A DNA stretch of 32,000 nucleotides from Mycolicibacterium smegmatis (GCF_001457595.1 NZ_LN831039.1:3300001-3332000), one strand, 5' to 3'. Counted from the first letter of the stretch, positions 1-9,430 are shown. A program made the numbers and translations. Notes: generated by a model not told the origin, from the letters alone.

Positions 1-212
1 GAGAGGTGCTCGAGGAGGCCGGCGAGTTCGAGGCCAGGCGCCGGACGCAGCAGGTCGAGTGGACGTGGTCGATGGTGCGCGACGCTGTGCTCGACCGCGT
101 CATGAACCATCCCGAGGTCCGCCGGATCCGCGACGACGTCGAACAACGCGTGCGCCTCGGGGAACTCACGCCGGCGCTGGCGGCCCAGGAGATCCTCGAC
201 GCCGCGCAGTGA
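1..212 (+). CDS. meaB: 3' end of MeaB-type methylmalonyl-CoA mutase-associated GTPase (LAO/AO transport ATPase family), truncated by window start
   Basis: C-terminal peptide EAGEFEARRRTQQVEWTWSMVRDAVLDRVMNHPEVRR is typical of the MeaB C-terminus; the frame is open to the window edge. Confidence 0.8.
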   Translation, partial: EVLEEAGEFEARRRTQQVEWTWSMVRDAVLDRVMNHPEVRRIRDDVEQRVRLGELTPALAAQEILDAAQ

Positions 213-265
213 CTCAACCTGATCACGCCCCTCAACAAATCGGCACCAGAAAGTGAGCTCTCCCG

Positions 266-613
266 ATGGATGTCAGGTCCCGTGTAGGTCTGGTCGTTGC
301 CGGGACAGTTGCCACGCTACTGCTCGGGGCATGCGGTGGCGAGGCGGCGGGTGGTAGCCAGCCGACGGTTGCCAAGGCCAAGCTGCAGACCCTTGCGAAG
401 GAAAAACTCGAAGCCGCCGCGAAGCGGAAAGCCAAGTCTGTGATTTGCGAGGACGGCATCGTCGGGGAAGTCGGTGCTACACAACGGTGTGTGCTGACAG
501 CCAAGGACGGTACGAGGATCGGGGTCACGGCAAGGGTGGACGGAATCGAGGGGCGCGGCGCGGATGCCCGGGTCAGCATCGATTTCAAGGTCGATGACAA
601 GCCCATCGAATGA
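266..613 (+). CDS. DUF4333-like putative lipoprotein
   Basis: N-terminal signal with lipobox-like LLLGAC, followed by a small domain with a Cys pair (VICEDGIVGEVGATQRCVL) as in mycobacterial DUF4333 proteins. Confidence 0.75.
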   Translation: MDVRSRVGLVVAGTVATLLLGACGGEAAGGSQPTVAKAKLQTLAKEKLEAAAKRKAKSVICEDGIVGEVGATQRCVLTAKDGTRIGVTARVDGIEGRGADARVSIDFKVDDKPIE

Positions 614-688
614 CATTACTGGCCGCGCCTTGGTTAACAGATAGGTAACACATCGAACATTTGCCAGCGCGGTTGGTAAGTTTGATGT

Positions 689-1954
689 GTGTCCGGTCAC
701 AACCGGGAGCGCGACGCGGCACTCCCACACGGCGTACAAGGCGCGGCGGATCCGAACTTCGCCTGCACGGCCCGCGCTTTCTCGCGGCTCTTCCCGGGCC
801 GCCGGTTCGGCGGGGGAGCGCTCGCGGTCTATCAGGACGGGCAGCCACTCGTCGACGTCTGGACGGGATACTCCGACCGGGCCGGCACCGAGTACTGGAC
901 CGCTGACACCGGGGCGATGGTCTTCTCGGCGACCAAGGGTCTGGCCTCGACCGTCATCCACCGCCTGGCCGACCGCGGCCTGATCGACTACGACACCCCG
1001 GTGAGTGCCTACTGGCCGGAGTTCGCGGCCAACGGCAAGGCCCACATCACGGTCCGCGAGGTCATGCAGCATCGCGCCGGGCTGAGCCAGCTCAACGGGG
1101 TCAGCAAGGCCGACATGCTCGACCACCGTGTTATGGAGGCCCGCATCGCCGAGGCCTCGGTGAACCGCCACCTCTACGGGAAGTCGGCGTATCACGCGCT
1201 GACCTACGGCTGGTTGATGTCCGGCCTGGTGCGTGCGGTCACCGGGCAGGGCATGCGGGAGCTGTTCCGGACCGAACTGGCCGAGCCGCTGAACACCGAC
1301 GGCATCCATCTCGGCAGGCCTCCGGTTGGGGCGCCGACGCGGGCCGCCCAGATCCTGGGGCCGCAGCGCACCTGGCCCAACCACGTCTTCGACTTCCTGG
1401 CGCCCAGGTTCGCGGCCCTGGAGTTCTCCGGGTTCTTCGGCTCCACGTACTGCCCCGGCGTGATGTCGCTCGTGCAGGGCGATACGCCGTTCCTCGACGC
1501 CGAGATCCCCGCCGCCAACGGCGTCGCGACCGCGCGCGGGCTGGCCAAGGTGTATGGGGCCATCGCCAACGGCGGCCGGTTCGCGGGCGAGGAGTTCCTG
1601 TCCGCGGCCACCGTCGCCGGCCTGAGTGGTCGCCGCAGCCTGAGCCCCGACCGCAACATCGGTGTGCCGCTGGCCTTCCACCTCGGATACCACTCGGTGC
1701 CGTTCGGGGTCATGGCGGGCTTCGGGCACGTCGGGCTCGGCGGTTCGGTCGGCTGGGCCGACCCGGCCAGCGGCCTCGCGGTGGGTTTCGTGCACAACCG
1801 GTTGCTGACGCCCATGGTGTTCGACATGGGCGCCTTCGTCGGCCTGCACGCCGTGATCCGCAACGACCTGGCCCGCGCACGCAGGCGGGGCTTCGAGCCG
1901 GTGCCCGACCTGGGGGCCGCGCCGTACGAGTTGTCCAAGCCGGTCGCGGGATAG
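689..1954 (+). CDS. lipL: Beta-lactamase-family serine hydrolase/esterase (LipL-like)
   Basis: 421 aa ORF with GAMVFSATKGLAST (SxxK motif) and family-typical FAANGKAHITVREVMQHRAGL; synteny with meaB as in M. tuberculosis Rv1496-Rv1497; GTG start. Confidence 0.82.
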   Translation: MSGHNRERDAALPHGVQGAADPNFACTARAFSRLFPGRRFGGGALAVYQDGQPLVDVWTGYSDRAGTEYWTADTGAMVFSATKGLASTVIHRLADRGLIDYDTPVSAYWPEFAANGKAHITVREVMQHRAGLSQLNGVSKADMLDHRVMEARIAEASVNRHLYGKSAYHALTYGWLMSGLVRAVTGQGMRELFRTELAEPLNTDGIHLGRPPVGAPTRAAQILGPQRTWPNHVFDFLAPRFAALEFSGFFGSTYCPGVMSLVQGDTPFLDAEIPAANGVATARGLAKVYGAIANGGRFAGEEFLSAATVAGLSGRRSLSPDRNIGVPLAFHLGYHSVPFGVMAGFGHVGLGGSVGWADPASGLAVGFVHNRLLTPMVFDMGAFVGLHAVIRNDLARARRRGFEPVPDLGAAPYELSKPVAG

Positions 1955-1974
1955 CCGACCGACCGCGAGTCGGC
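1954..1974 (+). terminator. Candidate hairpin terminator after lipL
   Basis: Perfect 6-bp arms GCCGAC (1954-1959)/GTCGGC (1969-1974), 9-nt loop, beginning at the last base of the stop codon; no U-tract. Confidence 0.4.
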
Positions 1975-1992
1975 GCGGGTTACCGCGAGTGG

Positions 1993-2007
1993 CCCGGCGT
2001 CACCGGG
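1993..2007 (-). terminator. Candidate hairpin overlapping the stop codon of the membrane-protein gene
   Basis: CCCGG (1993-1997)/CCGGG (2003-2007), loop CGTCA containing part of the minus-strand stop at 2000-2002. Confidence 0.3.
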
Positions 2008-2731
2008 ACGGCGTGAGCCAGCGGGTCTTGATGCGCCATGAATGTGCCGACGCGAGTGCGAAGACCGCTCCGCAGATGCACGCGAAGATCCAGACCAGCC
2101 TGCCATTCTCGACCGGTTGCAAATCCGGCAGAAATGTCGTCACCAGACGCACCACACAGGCGATGATTCCGCTGACCGAGGCAACCAGATAAATATTGGC
2201 GATTCGCCGGGAGCGGGGATCGCGGCGCAAAATCAAGATCGCCCGGGCCCCGTACGCCAGCAAATAGATCAGGATGGCGCACAGAATCGTCCAATAGACG
2301 CCCAGCCACAGATCGGTGGGCACCTGGAAGAAATCGGGGCGGTACACCGCGGCACCGTTCCCCAGCGAGAACGCCGCGAGCAGAAGCGGGATACAGAGCG
2401 TGGCGGGGCGTTCGACGTACTGCTTGAACGATTGCTGCATCGAGTGGTCGTCCTGCAGGCGGCCCAGCGCGTTGTACACCACCGCCGATGCCGCGACGAT
2501 GTAGCAGTCGTGGCCGATGTAGTCCTCGAGGTTCCACTTGCCGGTCAGGTTGTACAGGAACTGGCCGATGGTCTCGGAGGCGAACGGAGACATCAGCAAC
2601 ACCGCGAGGCCCTGCAGCGCGACGTTCATCGTCGCGGCGACCTCCCAGCGGCAGGTCCACGTGACACGTCGAATCCACAAGCTCCACGCGATGCAGATCA
2701 GCGTGATCGCGATGAGTATTGCTATGGACAT
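2000..2731 (-). CDS. Uncharacterised integral membrane protein, about 7 predicted TM helices
   Basis: 243 aa ORF with about seven hydrophobic segments starting MSIAILIAITLICIAWSLWI; resembles the membrane half of the MAB_1171c-like/DUF6545 families only by impression. Confidence 0.7.
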   Translation of the reverse strand: MSIAILIAITLICIAWSLWIRRVTWTCRWEVAATMNVALQGLAVLLMSPFASETIGQFLYNLTGKWNLEDYIGHDCYIVAASAVVYNALGRLQDDHSMQQSFKQYVERPATLCIPLLLAAFSLGNGAAVYRPDFFQVPTDLWLGVYWTILCAILIYLLAYGARAILILRRDPRSRRIANIYLVASVSGIIACVVRLVTTFLPDLQPVENGRLVWIFACICGAVFALASAHSWRIKTRWLTPSR

Positions 2732-2772
2732 CAGAGTTCGCCTCGGCGGGTAATGCTTGCCAGCAACGTGGA

Positions 2773-3131
2773 CTACAGGGGAGGCGCGTCGGGACGCGGG
2801 GACAGCTCGGAGAGTTTCTTGGGCCGGCTCACACGGGTGGCGGTCTCGACCGGCGCCACCATCACCTGGGACGACTCCACGTAGTGCCAGACCTCCTGGC
2901 GGCTCATGAGGCCGAACCGGACCTGGAGATCGGGGTAGCTGAGATTGAACCGATCGGCGACCTGCCGCAGTTCCTCGGCGTTCGGGTAGTCGGGTTCCTT
3001 GATACGGCGGTAATAGGTGCTGCTCGACACGCCAAGGGCGGTGTAGATCGCCTTGGCGTCGATATCACCGTCCAACAGGTAATCGAGCAAGGCCTTCAGC
3101 TGGCGGCCGTTCTCGTCAGTGCGTGGCACCA
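2773..3131 (-). CDS. Small helix-turn-helix DNA-binding regulator
   Basis: DIDAKAIYTALGVSSSTYYRRIKEPDYPNAEELRQVADRFNLSYPDL reads as an HTH domain; three consecutive in-frame GTGs at 3137/3134/3131, the last chosen from a TATTGT -10 at 3138-3143. Confidence 0.65.
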
Positions 3132-3273
3132 CCACACAATAAACCCGTTTTCGGCCGATTGGCGACGATCGTTGCCGCAAAGCCGGGCCGCGAAACAGTT
3201 TCTTAATTGACAACCGTGTCAGACTTTTGGCACAGGTCTCCCAAATCTGGGACAGATTAGCTAACGTTGACGC

Positions 3274-3867
3274 ATGGCTACTCCTCTGTTGGCCGGCGGC
3301 ACGACGGGTGCGCGCAGCTGGATTGCTGATCACAACGCCGCCGGGCCGGCCGGCCCCGCCGACACGTCGATGATGTCGACGTCCCTCGGCGGTGTGCTCG
3401 CCGCCGAACTCGACGGTGCACGCGAGTCCCTCGGCTGCACCACCGAGGAGATCGTGCTGGCCGCGCTCGGCCGTGCCGTCGCCCGCACGATGGGCGAGGG
3501 TCTGCTGGCCGTCGACCTGGACAGCGCCGGATCGGACAGCGTGGACGGCGGCGCGCAGTCCGCCGCGCGCCGCGTCGTGGTCCCGTGCGTGTCGCGCCGC
3601 GAGCTGTCGGGCGCCGAACTGCTCGCCACCGCCCGGGCAACGGTCAGCACGGCCGAGGCCCATCCGCGCGCCGACGTGTCCCTGCGGATCAACACCGACG
3701 GCGTCGCGACGGTCGGGGAGTACGGCCTGTGCGTGCACGTCGACCATTCCGGCGACTCGCATCTGCGCATCGACTGGGCCTACGACACGCGCAATTTCGA
3801 CCGCTACACCGTGGAGGAACTCTCCGAACAGTTCCCGCTCGCGCTGATCGAGGTCACGTCCGGGTAG
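3274..3867 (+). CDS. Orphan protein resembling part of an NRPS condensation/acyltransferase domain
   Basis: 197 aa ORF; LGCTTEEIVLAALGRAVARTMGEGLLAVDLDS and LRIDWAYDTRNFDRYTVEELSEQFPLALIEV resemble C-terminal condensation-domain segments; no HHxxxDG motif visible. Confidence 0.6.
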   Translation: MATPLLAGGTTGARSWIADHNAAGPAGPADTSMMSTSLGGVLAAELDGARESLGCTTEEIVLAALGRAVARTMGEGLLAVDLDSAGSDSVDGGAQSAARRVVVPCVSRRELSGAELLATARATVSTAEAHPRADVSLRINTDGVATVGEYGLCVHVDHSGDSHLRIDWAYDTRNFDRYTVEELSEQFPLALIEVTSG

Positions 3868-3896
3868 GGCGTTTCGGACCGATTTGCACCACTCAC

Positions 3897-3902
3897 TAGA
3901 AT
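3897..3902 (+). promoter_or_regulatory. Candidate -10 box for the ileS leader
   Basis: TAGAAT, 5-10 nt upstream of the first T-box leader nucleotides and not followed by a plausible start codon. Confidence 0.5.
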
Positions 3903-3908
3903 CAGTGC

Positions 3909-4139
3909 ATCGGCGCTGATCCGGCCATCACCGGGGAGCCTTCGGAAGAACAGCTGACAAGCCCAGTAGAACCGAACGGGTGGGCCCGTGATCGCCCATG
4001 AGTTGAGCGGCGTGCACATCGTGCGCGCAAGCGGGGTGGTACCGCGGCGCTCGCGCACCGGCGCGACGTGTCGTCCCCGTGCCTCGGACATCAGGTTTCT
4101 GTCGCGGAAACCGCGACACGGGCACAGGAGACGAATTCA
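3909..4139 (+). promoter_or_regulatory. Translational T-box riboswitch leader of ileS, isoleucine-specific, short Stem I type
   Basis: Specifier region GGCCATCACCGGGGAGCC (ATC at 3927-3929), AGTAGAACCGAACGGG element, canonical T-box GGGGTGGTACCGCGG at 4033-4047, GCGGGG/CCCCGT antisequestrator arms; precedes ileS. Confidence 0.93.
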
Positions 4140-7100
4140 GTGACCGCCTATCCCAAGCCGGCCGCACCGAACTTCCCCGAGCGGGAGCTCGAGGTGCTCG
4201 ACTACTGGGCGAAGGACGACACCTTCCGCGCCAGCGTCGAGCGGCGCGAGGGCGCTGAGGAGTACGTCTTCTACGACGGCCCGCCGTTCGCCAACGGTCT
4301 GCCGCACTACGGCCACCTGCTGACCGGCTATGTCAAGGACATCGTTCCCCGCTACCGCACGATGCGCGGATACAAGGTGGAGCGCCGGTTCGGTTGGGAC
4401 ACCCACGGTCTGCCCGCCGAACTCGAGGTGCAGCGCCAGCTCGACATCACCGACAAGTCCCAGATCGAAGAGATGGGCATCGAGAAGTTCAACGACGCGT
4501 GCCGTGCGTCGGTGCTCAAGTACACCAACGAATGGCAGGCGTACGTCACCCGGCAGGCCCGCTGGGTGGACTTCGACAACGACTACAAGACACTCGACCT
4601 GCCGTTCATGGAGTCGGTGATCTGGGCGTTCAAGCAGCTGTGGGACAAGGGGCTGGCCTACGAGGGCAACCGCGTGCTGCCCTACTGCTGGAACGACGAG
4701 ACCCCGCTGTCCAGCCACGAACTGCGCATGGACGACGACGTCTACCAGAGCAGACAGGACCCGGCGCTGACCGTCGGGTTCCGCATCGACGAGGGACCGC
4801 TGACGGACAGCTACCTGCTGATCTGGACCACCACACCGTGGACGCTGCCGTCCAACCAGGCCGTGGCCGTCGGCCCCGACATCACCTACGTCCACGTCGA
4901 GGGCGCCGACGGGCGCCGCTACCTGCTGGCCGAGGCACGTCTCGGTGCGTACGCCAGGGAACTCGGCGAGGAGCCCAAGGTGCTCGCGACCTTCACGGGC
5001 CGCGACCTGCTGGGCACCCACTACGTGCCGCCGTTCCCGTACTTCATGGGTTCGGCCAACGCGTTCCAGGTGCTCGCCGGTGACTTCGTCAGCACCGAGG
5101 ATGGCACCGGCATCGTGCACATGGCACCCGCCTACGGCGAGGACGACAAGGCCACCGCGGACGCCGCGGACATCGTCGCGGTCACGCCGGTGGACTCCAA
5201 GGGCCGGTTCGACGAATCGGTGCCCGACTATGTGGGCCAGCACGTGTTCGAGGCGAACCCGCAGATCATCCGTGACCTCAAGAACGGCGACGGATCCGCG
5301 GGCGCCAACGGCGCGGTGGTGCTGCGGCACGAGACCTACGAGCACTCGTATCCGCACTGCTGGCGGTGCCGCAACCCGCTGATCTACCGCGCGGTGTCGT
5401 CGTGGTTCGTGCGGGTCACCGAGTTCCGTGACCGCATGGTCGAACTCAACCAGCAGATCACCTGGTACCCCGAGCACGTCAAGGACGGCCAGTTCGGCAA
5501 GTGGCTGCAGGGTGCCCGCGACTGGTCGATCTCACGAAACCGCTACTGGGGCACGCCGATCCCGGTGTGGAAGTCCGACGATCCGGCCTACCCGCGCATC
5601 GACGTCTACGGCTCCCTCGACGAGCTGGAACGCGACTTCGGCGTCCGCCCCGACAACCTGCACCGCCCGTTCATCGATCAGCTCACCCGGCCGAATCCCG
5701 ACGATCCGACCGGCAAGTCGACCATGCGGCGTATCGAGGACGTGCTCGACGTATGGTTCGACTCCGGTTCCATGCCGTACGCGCAGGTGCACTACCCGTT
5801 CGAGAACCGCGAGTGGTTCGACGGCGCTTCCGGCGAAGAAGCCCATTTCCCAGGCGATTTCATCGTCGAGTACATCGGGCAGACGCGCGGCTGGTTCTAC
5901 ACGCTGCACGTGCTGGCCACCGCGCTGTTCGACAAGCCCGCGTTCAAGACGTGCGTGTCGCACGGCATCGTGCTGGGCAACGACGGCCAGAAGATGAGCA
6001 AGTCGCTGCGCAACTATCCGGATGTCTCCGAGGTGTTCGACCGCGACGGCTCCGACGCCATGCGCTGGTTCCTCATGGCCTCGCCGATCCTGCGCGGCGG
6101 CAACCTCATCGTCACCGAACAGGGCATCCGCGAGGGGGTGCGCCAGGTGCTGCTGCCGCTGTGGAACGCCTACAGCTTCCTCGCGCTGTACGCGCCGGAG
6201 AAGGGCACGTGGCGCACCGACTCGAAGAATGTGCTGGACCGCTACATCCTGGCCAAGCTCGCGCAGCTGCGTGACGATCTCACGTCCGCGCTGGATGTCT
6301 GCGACATTTCGGGCGCGTGCGACGAGCTGCGCCAGTTCGCCGAGTCGCTGACGAACTGGTATGTGCGGCGGTCACGTTCGCGGTTCTGGGACGAGGATCC
6401 CGAGGCCATCGACACGCTGCACACGGTGCTGGAGGTGACGTGCCGGCTGGCCGCTCCGCTGCTGCCGCTGGCCACCGAGGTGATCTGGCGGGGTCTGACG
6501 GGGGAGCGCTCGGTGCACCTGACCGACTGGCCGGAAGCCGATGTACTGCCGAAGGATCCGGACCTGGTGGCCGCGATGGACCAGGTACGCGAGGTGTGCT
6601 CGGTCGGCTCGTCGCTGCGCAAGGCCAAGAAGCTGCGTGTGCGCCTGCCGTTGCCGAAACTCACCGTCGCCGTGCAGGATCCGGACAGTCTGCGGCCGTT
6701 CGCCGACCTGATCGCCGACGAGCTCAACGTCAAGGCCGTCGAGCTCAGCGACGACGTGCCCGCCTACGGGCGCTTCGAGCTCGCGGTCAACGCCCGGGTC
6801 GCCGGGCCGCGCATCGGCAAGGACGTGCAGGCCGCGATCAAGGCCGTCAAGGCGGGGGAGGGCGTGGTCAACCCCGACGGCACGCTCACCGCGGGCCCTG
6901 TGGTGCTGCAACCCGAGGAGTACACCTCCAAGCTGGTTGCGGCCGACCCGGAATGGACCGCGGCGCTGCCCGACGGTGCGGGTCTGGTGGTCCTCGACGG
7001 CACGGTGACCGAGGAGCTCGAGGCCGAGGGCTGGGCCAAGGACCGCATCCGTGAACTGCAGGAACTGCGGAAGTCGACCGGCCTGGAGGTGTCGGACCGC

Positions 7101-7262
7101 ATCTCGGTACGCATCTCGGTGCCCGCCGAACACGAGCAGTGGGCACGCACGCACCGCGATCTCATCGCAGGCGAGATCCTCGCGACCAGTTTCGAATTCG
7201 CCGAGGTGACCGACGGTGCGGAGATCGGCGACGGCGTGCGGGTCGAGATTGCGAAGATCTGA
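4140..7262 (+). CDS. ileS: Isoleucyl-tRNA synthetase
   Basis: HIGH-like [20 protein letters not shown] and KMSKS ([12 protein letters not shown]); start placed at GTG 4140 with AGGAG at 4126-4130, not at the longer ORF start 4068 inside the T-box leader. Confidence 0.96.
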   Translation: MTAYPKPAAPNFPERELEVLDYWAKDDTFRASVERREGAEEYVFYDGPPFANGLPHYGHLLTGYVKDIVPRYRTMRGYKVERRFGWDTHGLPAELEVQRQLDITDKSQIEEMGIEKFNDACRASVLKYTNEWQAYVTRQARWVDFDNDYKTLDLPFMESVIWAFKQLWDKGLAYEGNRVLPYCWNDETPLSSHELRMDDDVYQSRQDPALTVGFRIDEGPLTDSYLLIWTTTPWTLPSNQAVAVGPDITYVHVEGADGRRYLLAEARLGAYARELGEEPKVLATFTGRDLLGTHYVPPFPYFMGSANAFQVLAGDFVSTEDGTGIVHMAPAYGEDDKATADAADIVAVTPVDSKGRFDESVPDYVGQHVFEANPQIIRDLKNGDGSAGANGAVVLRHETYEHSYPHCWRCRNPLIYRAVSSWFVRVTEFRDRMVELNQQITWYPEHVKDGQFGKWLQGARDWSISRNRYWGTPIPVWKSDDPAYPRIDVYGSLDELERDFGVRPDNLHRPFIDQLTRPNPDDPTGKSTMRRIEDVLDVWFDSGSMPYAQVHYPFENREWFDGASGEEAHFPGDFIVEYIGQTRGWFYTLHVLATALFDKPAFKTCVSHGIVLGNDGQKMSKSLRNYPDVSEVFDRDGSDAMRWFLMASPILRGGNLIVTEQGIREGVRQVLLPLWNAYSFLALYAPEKGTWRTDSKNVLDRYILAKLAQLRDDLTSALDVCDISGACDELRQFAESLTNWYVRRSRSRFWDEDPEAIDTLHTVLEVTCRLAAPLLPLATEVIWRGLTGERSVHLTDWPEADVLPKDPDLVAAMDQVREVCSVGSSLRKAKKLRVRLPLPKLTVAVQDPDSLRPFADLIADELNVKAVELSDDVPAYGRFELAVNARVAGPRIGKDVQAAIKAVKAGEGVVNPDGTLTAGPVVLQPEEYTSKLVAADPEWTAALPDGAGLVVLDGTVTEELEAEGWAKDRIRELQELRKSTGLEVSDRISVRISVPAEHEQWARTHRDLIAGEILATSFEFAEVTDGAEIGDGVRVEIAKI

Positions 7263-7316
7263 TCCGACCGGGTGCGATGCGACCGCGGGTGAGCTGACCG
7301 GACCTGCCGGCCCGGC

Positions 7317-7535
7317 TCACTCGTGGGTGACGCGCGCCGAGCGAGATCCGAGCGCGACCTCGTCGCCGGCATGCAGTTGACGGCCACGCCTGAGTTCGAC
7401 CTCACCGTTGACGGTCACCTGACCGTCGGCGATCACGGCCTTGGCGTCGGCCCCGGTGTCGATCAGCGCGGCCAGCTTCAGGAACTGACCCAGGCGGATG
7501 GACTCGTCGCGGATCGGCACGTCGTCCGGCTTCAT
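7317..7535 (-). CDS. S4-domain RNA-binding protein (YaaA/RlbA-like)
   Basis: 72 aa, [48 protein letters not shown] is a complete S4 fold signature. Confidence 0.88.
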   Translation of the reverse strand: MKPDDVPIRDESIRLGQFLKLAALIDTGADAKAVIADGQVTVNGEVELRRGRQLHAGDEVALGSRSARVTHE

Positions 7536-7568
7536 GCTGGTCAGAGTAGCCCTTTAGCATCTGCAGGT

Positions 7569-8960
7569 ATGGAGGGCACCGTCGCTCGGACCGCGAGCCG
7601 CAGATGGGTCCTGCATCTGGACATGGACGCGTTCTTCGCATCCGTCGAGCAGCTGACCAGGCCCACGCTGCGCGGGCGCCCGGTCCTGGTGGGTGGTCTC
7701 GGGGGACGTGGTGTGGTCGCGGGCGCCAGCTACGAGGCCCGCCGCTACGGCGCCCGTTCGGCCATGCCGATGCACCAGGCCCGCAGGCTCGTCGGGGCGC
7801 CCGCGGTGGTGCTGCCGCCGCGCGGCGCCGTCTACGGCGTCGCGAGCCGGCGCGCGCTCGACACCGTGCGCAGCGTGGTACCCGTCCTCGAACAGCTGTC
7901 GTTCGACGAGGCCTTCGGTGAACCGTCCGAGCTGGCAGGCGCCGAGGCGGCCGACGTCGAGGCGTTCTGTGAGCGGTTGCGCGCCAAGGTACTCGAGCAC
8001 ACCGGCCTGGTTGCCTCGGTCGGCGCGGGCTCGGGTAAACAGATCGCCAAGATCGCCTCGGGTCTGGCCAAGCCCGACGGTATCCGGGTGGTGCGCCGCG
8101 AGGAGGAGGCCGTGCTGCTGCACGGTCTGCCGGTGCGCAAGCTGTGGGGCATCGGCCCGGTGGCCGAGGACCGCCTGCACCGCATCGGCATCGAGACCAT
8201 CGGCGCGTTCGCGGCGCTGACCGAGGCCGAGGCCGCCAACGTGCTGGGCTCCACGATCGGGCCCGCGTTGCACCGTCTGGCGCGCGGGATCGACGACCGC
8301 CCGGTGGCCGAGCGCGCCGAGGCCAAGCAGATCAGCGCGGAATCCACGTTCCCGGAAGACCTCACGACGCTGGCACAACTGCAGGACGCCATCGTCCCCA
8401 TCGGCGAACACGCGCACCGACGCCTGGAGAAGGACGGTCGCGGCGCCCGCACCGTCACGGTCAAGCTCAAGAAGTCCGACATGAGCACGCTCACGCGGTC
8501 GGCCACGCTGGCGTACGCCACCACCGAGGCGTCGACGCTGATCGGCACGGCGCGCAGGCTCCTGCTGGATCCCGTCGAGATCGGACCGATACGCCTTGTG
8601 GGCGTTGGGTTTTCCGGCCTGTCGGATATCCGGCAGGAGTCGCTGTTCCCGGACCTGGAACAACCCGAGGAGTTTCCCGACGCGGCGCCGCAGGTCGAAT
8701 CCGTGCAGACCGGACCGTCGTCACCGACCACGCAGTGGCGTGTGGGCGACGACGTGGTGCACACAGAACTCGGTCACGGCTGGGTCCAGGGCGCCGGTCA
8801 CGGTGTGATGACCGTGCGTTTCGAGACCCGCGCGTCGGGACCGGGGCCAGCGCGCACGTTCCCCGAAGACAGTCCCGAGGTCAGCCGCGCCGATCCGGTC
8901 GACAGCCTCGACTGGGCCGAATACCTCAGCAGCCTGGCCGACTACCAGAGCACGCCGTAG
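7569..8960 (+). CDS. dinX: DNA polymerase IV, Y-family (DinX/DinB1)
   Basis: [63 protein letters not shown]; translation start at ATG 7569 rather than ORF start 7323. Confidence 0.93.
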   Translation: MEGTVARTASRRWVLHLDMDAFFASVEQLTRPTLRGRPVLVGGLGGRGVVAGASYEARRYGARSAMPMHQARRLVGAPAVVLPPRGAVYGVASRRALDTVRSVVPVLEQLSFDEAFGEPSELAGAEAADVEAFCERLRAKVLEHTGLVASVGAGSGKQIAKIASGLAKPDGIRVVRREEEAVLLHGLPVRKLWGIGPVAEDRLHRIGIETIGAFAALTEAEAANVLGSTIGPALHRLARGIDDRPVAERAEAKQISAESTFPEDLTTLAQLQDAIVPIGEHAHRRLEKDGRGARTVTVKLKKSDMSTLTRSATLAYATTEASTLIGTARRLLLDPVEIGPIRLVGVGFSGLSDIRQESLFPDLEQPEEFPDAAPQVESVQTGPSSPTTQWRVGDDVVHTELGHGWVQGAGHGVMTVRFETRASGPGPARTFPEDSPEVSRADPVDSLDWAEYLSSLADYQSTP

Positions 8961-9430
8961 TTGGCGGCCAGGACGAACCCGTGGCCGCCGTAGCCGCGGC
9001 ACGTGACGGTGCCCTGGTACCCGACGCCGCACGTGGCGCCCCAGTTGGTGAGCCGGTGTCCTTCCGGCAGCACGTCGACGTCGCGGGTGAACGTCGGGGT
9101 CTCGGAGAACCGGTACACCGCGGGTGTGCCGCCGTACTCCACCACGGTCTGGTTCGTGCCGGGCGGCGCGTCGGCGGGCACCGCGTCGCACCCGATCGGA
9201 CCGCCGTTGGGGCCGATGCCGCAGTGTCGCCCGTCTGGAGTCTTGAAGAAGACGTGGTAGAAGTCCGTCGGTGAGGTGAAATTGCCCTCGGCCAGCGGAT
9301 AGGAGTCGATCGCGTCGGCGCCCGGCGGCGGTTCGGCCAGTGCGGACGGTGCCCCCGCGACACCCCCGGCAAGGATCAGACCCACCCCCAGCACGCCGAC
9401 CGCGGCGAGAATTGCGAAGCGGTGCAGCAT
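8942..9430 (-). CDS. Conserved mycobacterial secreted protein of unknown function
   Basis: 162 aa with N-terminal signal peptide ([30 protein letters not shown]) and cysteine/glycine-rich mature region. Confidence 0.7.
   Translation of the reverse strand: MLHRFAILAAVGVLGVGLILAGGVAGAPSALAEPPPGADAIDSYPLAEGNFTSPTDFYHVFFKTPDGRHCGIGPNGGPIGCDAVPADAPPGTNQTVVEYGGTPAVYRFSETPTFTRDVDVLPEGHRLTNWGATCGVGYQGTVTCRGYGGHGFVLAANYGVLW

Noticed and set aside
651-675. Possible LexA/SOS box (CATCGAACATTTGCC)
   Set aside because: Only the left half TCGAAC matches; the right half GTTCGA is absent.
3250-3270. Possible IdeR iron box around TTAGCTAAC
   Set aside because: The canonical TTAGGTTAGSCTAACCTAA has a central base and outer TTAGG/CCTAA arms that are missing; only a short 8-bp palindrome is present.
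2719-3762. Long minus-strand extension of the HTH ORF up to 3762 (329 aa) and the 163 aa plus-strand ORF 2719..3210
   Set aside because: The extension runs antisense through the condensation-like gene and is low complexity; the HTH domain only begins after the GTG cluster at 3131-3137. The 2719..3210 ORF is a shadow of the HTH gene.
4137-5477. 446 aa minus-strand ORF opposite ileS, and similar long antisense ORFs elsewhere (for example 317..1849, 10886..12217, 19307..20497)
   Set aside because: Same shadow-ORF pattern, no plausible protein signatures, all fully covered by strongly supported genes.
7323-7568. N-terminal extension of DinX from the ORF track (start 7323)
   Set aside because: It would run antisense through the S4-domain gene and its promoter; the conserved [14 protein letters not shown] region begins just after ATG 7569.
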